From: Eledone cirrhosa
Lineage: Eukaryota
Direction: 5' to 3'
Length of the DNA stretch: 64,000 bases
Assembly (NCBI GenBank): GCA_964016885.1
Contig: OZ024745.1
Span: 13,392,001-13,456,000 of the forward strand
Shown: piece by piece, positions 39,196-52,300 of the stretch
Numbering within the stretch: the first letter of the stretch is position 1
How the letters are laid out: each line of letters begins with the position of its first letter
Notes under the pieces: model-generated
Databases searched by the model: none
Seen by the model: only the letters and a program-made list of their open reading frames with translations
Told to the model about the DNA's origin: nothing
Made by a program: the position numbers and the translations under genes

Positions 39196-40375
39196 GCATT
39201 GACACATAGTTATAGAAATGATTTCTACAGAACTAGAACTGTTTCATTTGTATATATATATATATATATATATATTGGAAAATGTGTGTAATCCTTGGTA
39301 CAGTTAGGTATATTAAGACAGGGGGAAAGAAAAAATGGCTTCACTTGTGCTTTCAACAAATTTATTTTCTTCACAAAATCCCAAAAGAATTTTTCTTAAA
39401 AAAAATTATTTTATAAATTAAGTTGTTGGTTGTTGGTTAGGTCTTAGGAGTTCTTGGTTAACGTAGGAGGTATTGTTTCGTTTTTAGAAAGACCTTTCAC
39501 GCTGAGGTGCGCTTGTCAAACTGATGTGTATGTGGTGTGTTGTTCTATATATAGGGATTTAACATGTCTGTGGTGTAGTGGGGGTTTCTTTTCTCCCCCT
39601 TTAATAAGTGCATGGGTGTAGGTGTGTTGAAAAAGTGTTCATAGCAGTAATGAGTTGAGACGGTGAGTAGGGTTGGGTGGGGAGAAATGTAGGAAGTGCT
39701 ATATGGGCTGCGCTTTCTAGCAACCAGCCAACTCGCCGTAAGCAACCAATCACATTCTTTCTGACTTGACCACTGCCACGTCACGATTTTTAGCCATTTT
39801 GAATTTGTTTCTGGCGGGGATCATTTTGAAAAATTACTTGTCCTATGAGTTTGTTTCCTGACGTGTATATATATATACAAATGAAACAGTTCTAGTTCTG
39901 TAGAAATCATTTCTATAACTATGTGTCAATGCATATACATATAGGGTGTTTCAAACAATCTGATATCATTTGAGATGTAAATATCTCAGAAACTACACAG
40001 TCTAAGATATCAAGACTGAGCTGGCTTAATGTTGAGTAACATAAGATTTATTCCACAAAATTTGTCAACATTATGACGCTAATGCACATTATATATATAT
40101 ATATTTCCAACGCATCTCCTTCATCATACTCCGGGATAACCCCTTCTCTATCCTGTCCGCCGTGGCTGCGATGCGGCGGCCAGTGCGTGGGCGGCCAGTG
40201 CACGGGCTCCCATTTGCTTATAATAGTGAGAGATGGGGAGAGCAAGAGAGACGAAGGCAGTGAAAGTGAGAGAACATCAACACTTCTTTACTTATTTATT
40301 TCACTCTCCACATTTGTCACAGTAAATATTTAAAATCAATATAGGTTTAATATTTAATGTAACAACCCTGGAAAC

Positions 40376-43300
40376 AGGGGAGAGTGTATGTATGTGTTTA
40401 GGTGCAGGGTAGAGTGTATGTATGTGTATAGGTGCAGGGTAGAGTGTATGTATGTGTATAGGTGCAGGGTAGAGTGTATGTATGTGTATAGGTGCAGGGT
40501 AGAGTGTATGTATGTGTATAGGGGCAGGGTAGAGTGTATGTATGTGTATAGATGCAGGGGAGAGTGTATGTATGTGTATAGATGCAGGGGAGAGTGTATG
40601 TATGTGTTTAGGTGCAGGGTAGAGTGTATGTATGTGTTTAGGTGCAGGGTAGAGTGTATGTATGTGTATAGGTGCAGGGTAGAGTGTATGTATGTGTATA
40701 GATGCAGGGGAGAGTGTATGTATGTGTATAGATGCAGGGGAGAGTGTATGTATGTGTATAGATGCAGGGGAGAGTGTATGTATGTGTTTAGGTGCAGGGT
40801 AGAGTGTATGTATGTGTATATGTGCAGGGGAGAGTGTATGTATGTGTATAGGTGCAGGGTAGAGTGTATGTATGTGTATAGATGCAGGGTAGAGTGTATG
40901 TATGTGTATAGATGCAGGGGAGAGTGTATGTATGTGTATAGGGGCAGGGTAGAGTGTATGTATGTGTTTAGGTGCAGGGTAGAGTGTATGTATGTGTATA
41001 TGTGCAGGGGAGAGTGTATGTATGTGTATAGGTGCAGGGGAGAGTGTATGTATGTGTATAGATGCAGGGGAGAGTCTATGTATGTGTATAGGTGCAGGGT
41101 AGAGTGTATGTATGTGTATATGTGCAGGGTAGAGTGTATGTATGTGTATAGATGCAGGGGAGAGTGTATGTATGTGTATAGGTGCAGGGTAGAGTGTATG
41201 TAAGTGTATAGATGCAGGGGAGAGTGTATGTATGTGTATAGGTGCAGGGTAGAGTGTATGTATGTGTATAGGTGCAGGGTAGAGTGTATGTATGTGTATA
41301 GGTGCAGGGTAGAGTGTATGTATGTGTATAGGTGCAGGGGAGAGTGTATGTATGTGTATAGGTGCAGGGGAGAGTGTATGTATGTGTATATGTGCAGGGT
41401 AGAGTGTATGTAAGTGTATAGGTGCAGGGGAGAGTGTATGTATGTGTATATGTGCAGGGGAGAGTGTGTGTATGTGTATAGGTGCAGGGGAGAGTGTATG
41501 TATGTGTATAGATGCAGGGGAGAGTGTATGTATGTGTATAGGTGCAGGGTAGAGTGTATGTATGTGTATATGTGCAGGGTAGAGTGTATGTATGTGTATA
41601 GATGCAGGGGAGAGTGTATGTATGTGTATAGATGCAGGGGAGAGTGTATGTATGTGTATAGGTGCAGGGTAGAGTGTATGTATGTGTATAGGTGCAGGGG
41701 AGAGTGTATGTATGTGTATAGGTGCAGGGTAGAGTGTATGTATGTGTATAGGTGTAGGGGAGAGTTTATGTATGTGTATAGGTGCAGGGTAGAGTGTATG
41801 TAAGTGTATATGTGCAGGGGAGAGTGTATGTATGTGTATAGGTGCAGGGGAGAGTGTATGTATGTGTATATGTGCAGGGTAGAGTGTATGTATGTGTATA
41901 GGTGCAGGGTAGAGTGTATGTATGTGTATATGTGCAGGGTAGAGTGTATGTATGTGTATATGTGCAGGGTAGAGTGTATGTATGTGTATAGGTGCAGGGT
42001 AGAGTGTATGTATGTGTATATGTGCAGGGGAGAGTGTATGTATGTGTATATGTGCAGGGTAGAGTGTATGTATGTGTATAGGTGCAGGGTAGAGTGTATG
42101 TATGTGTATAGGTGTAGGGGAGAGTTTATGTATGTGTATAGGTGCAGGGTAGAGTGTATGTAAGTGTATATGTGCAGGGGAGAGTGTATGTATGTGTATA
42201 GGTGCAGGGGAGAGTGTATGTATGTGTATATGTACAGGGTAGAGTGTATGTATGTGTATAGGGGCAGGGTAGAGTGTATGTATGTGTATAGATGCAGGGG
42301 AGAGTGTATGTATGTGTATAGGTGTAGGGGAGAGTGTATGTATGTGTATAGGTGCAGGGGAGAGTGTATGTATGTGTATAGGTGCAGGGGAGAGTGTATG
42401 TATGTGTATAGGTGCAGGGGAGAGTGTATGTATGTGTATAGGTGCAGGGGAGAGTGTATGTATGTGTATAGGTGCAGGGGAGAGTGTATGTATGTGTATA
42501 GGTGCAGGGGAGAGTGTATGTATGTGTATAGGTGCAGGGGAGAGTGTATGTATGTGTATAGATGCAGGGGAGAGTGTATGTATGTGTATAGGTGCAGGGG
42601 AGAGTGTATGTATGTGTATAGGTGCAGGGGAGAGTGTATGTATGTGTATAGGTGCAGGGGAGAGTGTATGTATGTGTATAGGTGCAGGGGAGAGTGTATG
42701 TATGTGTATAGGTGCAGGGGAGAGTGTATGTATGTGTATAGATGCAGGGGAGAGTGTATGTATGTGTATAGGTGCAGGGGAGAGTGTATGTATGTGTATA
42801 GGTGCAGGGGAGAGTGTATGTATGTGTATAGGTGCAGGGGAGAGTGTATGTATGTGTATAGGTGCAGGGGAGAGTGTATGTATGTGTATAGGTGCAGGGG
42901 AGAGTGTATGTATGTGTATAGATGCAGGGGAGAGTGTATGTATGTGTATAGGTGCAGGGGAGAGTGTATGTATGTGTATAGGTGCAGGGGAGAGTGTATG
43001 TATGTGTATAGGTGCAGGGGAGAGTGTATGTATGTGTATAGGTGCAGGGGAGAGTGTATGTATGTGTATAGATGCAGGGGAGAGTGTATGTATGTGTATA
43101 GGTGCAGGGGAGAGTGTATGTATGTGTATAGGTGCAGGGGAGAGTGTATGTAAGTGTATATGTACAGGGTAGAGTGTATGTATGTGTATATGTGCAGGGT
43201 AGAGTGTATGTATGTGTATAGGTGCAGGGGAGAGTGTATGTAAGTGTATATGTGCAGGGGAGAGTGTATGTAAGTGTATATGTGCAGGGGAGAGTGTATG

Positions 43301-46300
43301 TATGTGTATAGGTGCAGGGTAGAGTGTATGTAAGTGTATATGTGCAGGGGAGAGTGTATGTATGTGTATAGGTGCAGGGGAGAGTGTATGTATGTGTATA
43401 GGTGCAGGGTAGAGTGTATGTATGTGTATATGTGCAGGGTAGAGTGTATGTATGTGTATAGGTGCAGGGGAGAGTGTATGTAAGTGTATATGTGCAGGGG
43501 AGAGTGTATGTATGTGTATAGGTGCAGGGTAGAGTGTATGTATGTGTATATGTGCAGGGTAGAGTGTATGTATGTGTATAGGTGCAGGGTAGAGTGTATG
43601 TATGTGTATATGTGCAGGGTAGAGTGTATGTATGTGTATAGGTGCAGGGGAGAGTGTATGTAAGTGTATATGTGCAGGGTAGAGTGTATGTATGTGTATA
43701 GGTGCAGGGGAGAGTGTATGTATGTGTATAGGTGCAGGGGAGAGTGTATGTATGTGTATAGGTGCAGGGTAGAGTGTATGTATGTGTATAGGTGCAGGGG
43801 AGAGTGTATGTAAGTGTATAGGTGCAGGGTAGAGTGTATGTATGTGTATAGGTGCAGGGTAGAGTGTATGTATGTGTATAGGTGCAGGGTAGAGTGTATG
43901 TATGTGTATAGGTGCAGGGGAGAGTGTATGTATGTGTATATGTGCAGGGGAGAGTTTATGTATGTGTATAGGTGCAGGGTAGAGTGTATGTATGTGTATA
44001 GGTGCAGGGTAGAGTGTATGTATGTGTATAGGTGCAGGGGAGAGTGTATGTATGTGTATAGGTGCAGGGTAGAGTGTATGTATGTGTATAGGTGCAGGGG
44101 AGAGTTTATGTATAGGTGCAGGGGAGAGTTTATGTATAGGTGCAGGGTAGAGTGTATGTAAGTGTATATGTGCAGGGGAGAGTGTATGTATGTGTATAGG
44201 TGCAGGGTAGAGTGTATGTATGTGTATATGTGCAGGGGAGAGTGTATGTATGTGTATAGGTGCAGGGTAGAGTTTATGTATGTGTATAGGTGCAGGGTAG
44301 AGTGTATGTATGTGTATAGGTGCAGGGGAGAGTGTATGTATGTGTATATGTGCAGGGGAGAGTGTATGTATGTGTATAGGTGCAGGGGAGAGTGTATGTA
44401 TGTGTATATGTGCAGGGGAGAGTTTATGTATGTGTATAGGTGCAGGGTAGAGTGTATGTATGTGTATAGGTGCAGGGTAGAGTGTATGTATGTGTATAGG
44501 TGCAGGGTAGAGTGTATGTATGTGTATAGGTGCAGGGTAGAGTGTATGTATGTGTATAGGTGCAGGGGAGAGTGTATCTATGTGTATAGGTGCAGGGGAG
44601 AGTGTATGTATGTGTATAGGTGCAGGTGAGTGTGTATGTATGTGTATATGTGCAGGGTAGAGTGTATGTATGTGTATAGGTGCAGGGTAGAGTGTATGTA
44701 TGTGTATATATGCAGGGGAGAGTGTATGTATGTGTATAGGTGCAGGGTAGAGTGTATGTATGTGTATAGGTGCAGGGGAGAGTGTATCTATGTGTATAGG
44801 TGCAGGGGAGAGTGTATGTATGTGTATAGGTGCAGGGTAGAGTGTATGTATGTGTATATATGCAGGGGAGAGTGTATGTATGTGTATAGGTGCAGGTTAG
44901 AGTGTATGTATGTGTATAGATGCAGGGTAGAGTGTATGTATGTGTATAGATGCAGGGTAGAGTGTATGTATGTGTATAGGTGCAGGAGAGAGTGTATGTA
45001 TGTGTATAGGTGCAGGGGAGTGTGTATGTATGTGTATAGATGCAGGGTAGAGTGTATGTATGTGTATAGGTGCAGAGGAGAGTGTATGTATGTGTATAGG
45101 TGCAGGGGAGAGTGTATGTATGTGTATATGTGCAGGGGAGAGTGTATGTATGTGTATAGGTGCAGGGGAGTGTGTATGTATGTGTATAGATGCAGGGTAG
45201 AGTGTATGTATGTGTATAGGTGCAGAGGAGAGTGTATGTATGTGTATAGGTGCAGGGTAGAGTGTATGTATGTGTATAGGTGCAGGGTAGAGTGTATGTA
45301 TGTGTATAGGTGCAGGGGAGAGTGTATGTATGTGTATAGGTGCAGGGTAGAGTGTATGTATGTGTATAGGTGCAGGGTAGAGTGTATGTATGTGTATAGG
45401 TGCAGGGTAGAGTGTATGTATGTGTATAGGTGCAGGGTAGAGTGTATGTATGTGTATAGGTGCAGGGTAGAGTGTATGTATGTGTATAGGTGCAGGGGAG
45501 AGTGTATGTATGTGTATAGGTGCAGGGTAGAGTGTATGTATGTGTATAGGTGCAGGGTAGAGTGTATGTATGTGTATAGGTGCAGGGGAGAGTGTATGTA
45601 TGTGTATAGGTGCAGGGTAGAGTGTATGTATGTGTATATATGCAGGGGAGAGTGTATGTATGTGTATAGGTGCAGGTTAGAGTGTATGTATGTGTATAGA
45701 TGCAGGGTAGAGTGTATGTATGTGTATAGATGCAGGGTAGAGTGTATGTATGTGTATAGGTGCAGGAGAGAGTGTATGTATGTGTATAGGTGCAGGGGAG
45801 TGTGTATGTATGTGTATAGGTGCAGAGGAGAGTGTATGTATGTGTATAGGTGCAGGGGAGTGTGTATGTATGTGTATAGGTGCAGGGGAGAGTGTATGTA
45901 TGTGTATAGGTGCAGGGTAGAGTGTATGTATGTGTATAGGTGCAGGGTAGAGTGTATGTATGTGTATAGGTGCAGAGGAGAGTGTATGTATGTGTATAGG
46001 TGCAGGGGAGAGTGTATGTATGTGTATAGGTGCAGGGGAGAGTGTATGTATGTGTATAGGTGCAGGGGAGAGTGTATGTATGTGTATAGGTGCAGGAGAG
46101 AGTGTATGTATGTGTATAGGTGCAGGGGAGTGTGTATGTATGTGTATAGATGCAGGGTAGAGTGTATGTATGTGTATAGGTGCAGGGGAGAGTGTATGTA
46201 TGTGTATAGGTGCAGAGGAGAGTGTATGTATATGTATAGGTGCAGGGTAGAGTGTATGTATGTATATAGGTGCAGGGGAGAGTGTATGTATGTGTATAGG

Positions 46301-49300
46301 TGCAGGGTAGAGTGTATGTATGTGTATAGGTGCAGGGGAGAGTGTATGTAAGTGTATATGTGCAGGGTAGAGTGTATGTATATGTATATGTGCAGGGTAG
46401 AGTGTATGTATGTGTATAGGTGCAGGGGAGAGTGTATGTATGTGTATAGGTGCAGGGGAGAGTGTATGTAAGTGTATATGTGCAGGGTAGAGTGTATGTA
46501 TATGTATAGGTGCAGGGTAGAGTGTATGTATGTGTATAGGTGCAGGGGAGAGTGTATGTATGTGTATATGTGCAGGGGAGAGTGTATGTATGTGTATAGG
46601 TGCAGGGAAGAGTGTATGTATGTGTATAGGTGCAGGGGAGAGTGTATGTATGTGTATAGGTGCAGGGTAGAGTGTATGTATGTGTATAGGTGCAGGGGAG
46701 AGTGTATGTATGTGTATAGGTGCAGGGGAGAGTGTATGTATGTGTATAGGTGCAGGGGAGAGTGTATGTATGTGTATATGTGCAGGGGAGAGTGTATGTA
46801 TGTGTATAGATGCAGGGTAGAGTGTATGTATGTGTATAGGTGCAGAGGAGAGTGTATGTATGTGTATAGGTGCAGGGTAGAGTGTATGTATGTGTATATA
46901 TGCAGGGGAGAGTGTATGTATGTGTATAGGTGCAGGGTAGAGTGTATGTATGTGTATAGGTGCAGGGGAGAGTGTATGTAAGTGTATATGTACAGGGTAG
47001 AGTGTATGTATGTGTATATGTGCAGGGTAGAGTGTATGTATGTGTATAGGTGCAGGGTAGAGTGTATGTATGTGTATAGGTGCAGGGGAGAGTGTATGTA
47101 TGTGTATAGGTGCAGGGGAGAGTGTATGTGTATAGGTACAGGGGAGAGTGTATGTATGTGTATAGGTGCAGGGGAGAGTGTATGTATGTGTATAGGTGCA
47201 GGGTAGAGTGTATGTATGTGTATAGGTGCAGGGGAGAGTGTATGTATGGGTATATGGGCAGGGGAGAGTGTATGTATGTGTGTAGGTGCAGGGTAGAGTG
47301 TATGTATGTGTATAGGTGCAGGTTAGAGTCTATGTATGTGTATATGTGCAGGTTAGAGTATATGTATGTGTATATGTGCAGGGTAGAGTGTATGTATGTG
47401 TATAGGTGCAGAGGAGAGTGTATGTATGTGTATAGGTGCAGGGTAGAGTGTATGTATGTGTATAGGTGCAGGCGAGAGTGTATGTATGTGTATAGGTGCA
47501 GGGTAGAGTGTATGTATGTGTATATGTGCAGGGGAGAGTGTATGTATGTATATGGGTGCAGGGTAGAATGTATGTATGTGTATAGATGCAGGGGAGAGTG
47601 TATGTATGTGTATAGGTGCAGGGTAGAGTGTATGTATGTGTATAGGTGCAGGGTAGAGTGTATGTATGTGTATAGGTGCAGGTTAGAGTCTATGTATGTG
47701 TATATGTGCAGGTTAGAGTATATGTATGTGTATAGGTGCAGGCGAGAGTGTATGTATGTGTATAGGTGCAGGGTAGAGTGTATGTATGTGTATAGGTGCA
47801 GGGTAGAGTGTATGTATGTGTATAGGTGCAGGGGAGAGTGTATGTGTATAGGTGCAGGGGAGAGTGTATGTATGTGTATAGGTGCAGGCGAGAGTGTATG
47901 TATGTGTATAGGTGCAGGGTAGAGTGTATGTATGTGTATAGGTGCAGGTTAGAGTCTATGTATGTGTATATGTGCAGCTTAGAGTATATGTATGTGTATA
48001 GGTGCAGGCGAGAGTGTATGTATGTGTATAGGTGCAGGGTAGAGTGTATGTATGTGTATAGGTGCAGGGTAGAGTGTATGTATGTGTATAGGTGCAGGGG
48101 AGAGTGTATGTGTATAGGTGCAGGGGAGAGTGTATGTATGTGTATAGGTGCAGGGGAGAGTGTATGTATGTGTATAGGTGCAGGGGAGAGTGTATGTATG
48201 TGTATAGGTGCAGGGTAGAGTGTATGTATGTGTATAGGTGCAGGGGAGAGTGTATGTATGTGTATAGGTGCAGGGTAGAGTGTATGTATGTGTATAGGTG
48301 CAGGGTAGAGTGTATGTATGTGTATAGGTGCAGGGTAGAGTGTATGTATGTGTATAGGTGCAGGGTAGAGTGTATGTATGTGTATAGGTGCAGGGGAGAG
48401 TGTATGTATGTGTATAGGTGCAGGGGAGAGTGTATGTATGTGTATAGATGCAGGGGAGAGTGTATGTATGTGTATAGGTGCAGGGGAGAGTGTATGTATG
48501 TGTATAGGTGCAGGGGAGAGTGTATGTATGTGTATAGGTGCAGGGTAGAGTGTATGTATGTGTATATGTGCAGGGGAGAGTGTATGTATGTGTATAGGTG
48601 CAGGGTAGAGTGTATGTATGTGTATAGATGCAGGGTAGAGTGTATGTATGTGTATAGGTGCAGGGTAGAGTGTATGTATGTGTATAGGTGCAGGGGAGAG
48701 TGTATGTATGTGTATAGGTGCAGGGGAGAGTGTATGTATGTGTATAGATGCAGGGTAGAGTGTATGTATGTGTATATGTGCAGGGTAGAGTGTATGTATG
48801 TGTATAGGTGCAGGGTAGAGTGTATGTATGTGTATATGTGCAGGGTAGAGTGTATGTATGTGTATAGGTGCAGGAGAGAGTGTATGTATGTGTATAGGTG
48901 CAGGGTAGAGTGTATGTATGTGTATAGGTGCAGGGGAGAGTGTATGTATGTGTATAGGTGCAGGGGAGAGTGTATGTATGTGTATAGGTGCAGGGGAGAG
49001 TGTATGTATGTGTATAGGTGCAGGGTAGAGTGTATGTATGTGTATAGGTGCAGGGGAGAGTGTATGTATGTGTATAGGTGCAGGGTAGAGTGTATGTATG
49101 TGTATATGTGCAGGGGAGAGTGTATGTATGTGTATAGGTGCAGGGTAGAGTGTATGTATGTGTATAGGTGCAGGGTAGAGTGTATGTATGTGTATAGATG
49201 CAGGGTAGAGTGTATGTATGTGTATAGGTGCAGGGTAGAGTGTATGTATGTGTATAGGTGCAGGGGAGAGTGTATGTATGTGTATAGGTGCAGGGTAGAG

Positions 49301-52300
49301 TGTATGTATGTGTATAGATGCAGGGTAGAGTGTATGTATGTGTATAGGTGCAGGGTAGAGTGTATGTATGTGTATAGGTGCAGGGTAGAGTGTATGTATG
49401 TGTATATGTGCAGGGGAGAGTGTATGTATGTGTATAGGTGCAGGGTAGAGTGTATGTATGTGTATAGGTGCAGGGTAGAGTGTATGTATGTGTATAGGTG
49501 CAGGGGAGAGTGCATGTATGTGTATAGGTGCAGGGTAGAGTGTATGTATGTGTATAGGTGCAGGGGAGAGTGCATGTATGTGTATAGGTGCAGGGGAGAG
49601 TGTATGTATGTGTATAGGTGCAGGGTAGAGTGTATGTATGTGTATATGTGCAGGGGAGAGTGTATGTATGTGTATAGGTGCAGGGTAGAGTGTATGTATG
49701 TGTATATGTGCAGGGGAGAGTGTATGTATGTGTATAGGTGCAGGGTAGAGTGTATGTATGTGTATAGGTGCAGGGTAGAGTGTATGTATGTGTATAGGTG
49801 CAGGGGAGAGTGCATGTATGTGTATAGGTGCAGGGTAGAGTGTATGTATGTGTATAGGTGCAGGGGAGAGTGCATGTATGTGTATAGGTGCAGGGGAGAG
49901 TGTATGTATGTGTATAGGTGCAGGGTAGAGTGTATGTATGTGTATATGTGCAGGGTAGAGTGTATGTATGTGTATAGGTGCAGGGTAGAGTGTATGTATG
50001 TGTATAGGTGCAGGGGAGAGTGCATGTATGTGTATAGGTGCAGGGTAGAGTGTATGTATGTGTATAGGTGCAGGGGAGAGTGTATGTATGTGTATAGGTG
50101 CAGGGGAGAGTGTATGTATGTGTATATGTGCAGGGTAGAGTGTATGTATGTGTATAGGTGCAGGGGAGAGTGTATGTATGTGTATAGGTGCAGGGGAGAG
50201 TGTATGTATGTGTATATGTGCAGGGTAGAGTGTATGTATGTGTATAGGTGCAGGGGAGAGTGTATGTATGTGTATAGGTGCAGGGGAGAGTGTATGTATG
50301 TGTATAGGTGCAGGGTAGAGTGTATGTATGTGTATAGGTGCAGGGGAGAGTGTATGTATGTGTATATGTGCAGGGGAGAGTGTATGTATGTGTATAGGTG
50401 CAGGGTAGAGGGTATGTATGTGTATAGGTGCAGGGTAGAGTGTATGTAAGTGTATAGGTGCAGGGTAGAGTGTATGTAAGTGTATATGTGCAGGGTAGAG
50501 TCTATGTATGTGTAAATATGCAGGGTAGAGTGTATGTATGTGTATAGGTGCAGGGTAGAGTGTATGTAAGTGTATAGGTGCAGGGTAGAGTGTATGTATG
50601 TGTATAGGTGCAGGGTAGAGTGTATGTATGTGTATAGGTGCAGGGTAGAGTGTATGTATGTGTATATGTGCAGGGTAGAGTGTATGTATGTGTATATGTG
50701 CAGGGTAGAGTCTATGTATGTGTAAATATGCAGGGTAGAGTGTATGTATGTGTATAGGTGCAGGGTAGAGTGTATGTAAGTGTATAGGTGCAGGGTAGAG
50801 TGTATGTATGTGTATAGGTGCAGGGTAGAGTGTATGTATGTGTATAGGTGCAGGGGAGAGTGTATGTATGTGTATATGTGCAGGGTAGAGTGTATGTATG
50901 TGTATAGGTGCAGGGGAGAGTGTATGTATGTGTATAGGTGCAGGGTAGAGTGTATGTATGTGTATAGGTGCAGGGGAGAGTGTATGTATGTGTATATGTG
51001 CAGGGTAGAGTGTATGTATGTGTATAGGTGCAGGGGAGAGTGTATGTATGTGTATAGGTGCAGGGGAGAGTGTATGTATGTGTATATGTGCAGGGGAGAG
51101 TGTATGTATGTGTATAGGTGCAGGGGAGAGTGTATGTATGTGTATAGGTGCAGGGGAGAGTGTATGTATGTGTATAGGTGCAGGGGAGAGTGTATGTATG
51201 TGTATAGGTGCAGGGGAGAGTGTATGTATGTGTATAGGTGCAGGAGAGAGTGTATGTATGTGTATAGGTGCAGGGGAGTGTGTATGTATGTGTATAGGTG
51301 CAGAGTAGAGTGTATGTATGTGTATATGTGCAGGGGAGAGTGTATGTATGTGTATAGGTGCAGGGGAGAGTGTATGTATGTGTATAGGTGCAGGGTTGAG
51401 TGTATGTATGTGTATAGGTGCAGGAGAGAGTGTATGTATGTGTATAGGTGCAGGGTAGAGTGTATGTATGTGTATAGGTGCAGGGTAGAGTGTATGTATG
51501 TGTATAGGTGCAGGGGAGAGTGTATGTATGTGTATATGTGCAGGGGAGAGTGTATGTATGTGTATAGGTGCAGGGTAGAGTGTATGTATGTGTATAGGTG
51601 CAGGGTAGAGTGTATGTATGTGTATAGGTGCAGGTGAGTGTGTATGTATGTGTATATGTGCAGGAGAGAGTGTATATATGTGTATAGGTGCAGGGTAGAG
51701 TGTATGTATGTGTATAGGTGCAGGGTAGAGTGTATGTATGTGTATAGGTGCAGGGTAGAGTGTATGTATGTGTATAGGTGCAGGAGAGAGTGTATGTATG
51801 TGTATAGGTGCAGGGTAGAGTGTATGTATGTGTATAGGTGCAGGGGAGAGTGTATGTATGTGTATAGGTGCAGGGGAGAGTGTATGTATGTGTATAGGTG
51901 CAGGGGAGAGTGTATGTATGTGTATAGGTGCAGGGTAGAGTGTATGTATGTGTATAGGTACAGGGTAGAGTGTATGTATGTGTATAGGTGCAGGGTAGAG
52001 TGTATGTATGTGTATAGGTGCAGGGGAGAGTGTATGTATGTGTATAGGTGCAGGGTAGAGTGTATGTATGTGTATAGGTACAGGGTAGAGTGTATGTATG
52101 TGTATAGGTGCAGGGTAGAGTGTATGTATGTGTATAGGTGCAGGGTTGAGTGTATGTATGTGTATAGGTGCAGGGTAGAGTGTATGTATGTGTATAGGTG
52201 CAGGTGAGTGTGTATGTATGTGTATATGTGCAGGGTAGAGTGTATGTATGTGTATAGGTGCAGGGGAGAGTGTATGTATGTGTATAGGTGCAGGGGAGAG

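Noticed and set aside
39485-39525. Degenerate hammerhead on the minus strand (TTGACAA-gcgc..gcgt-GAAA-ggtc)
   Set aside because: Two core mismatches and no convincing stem I.
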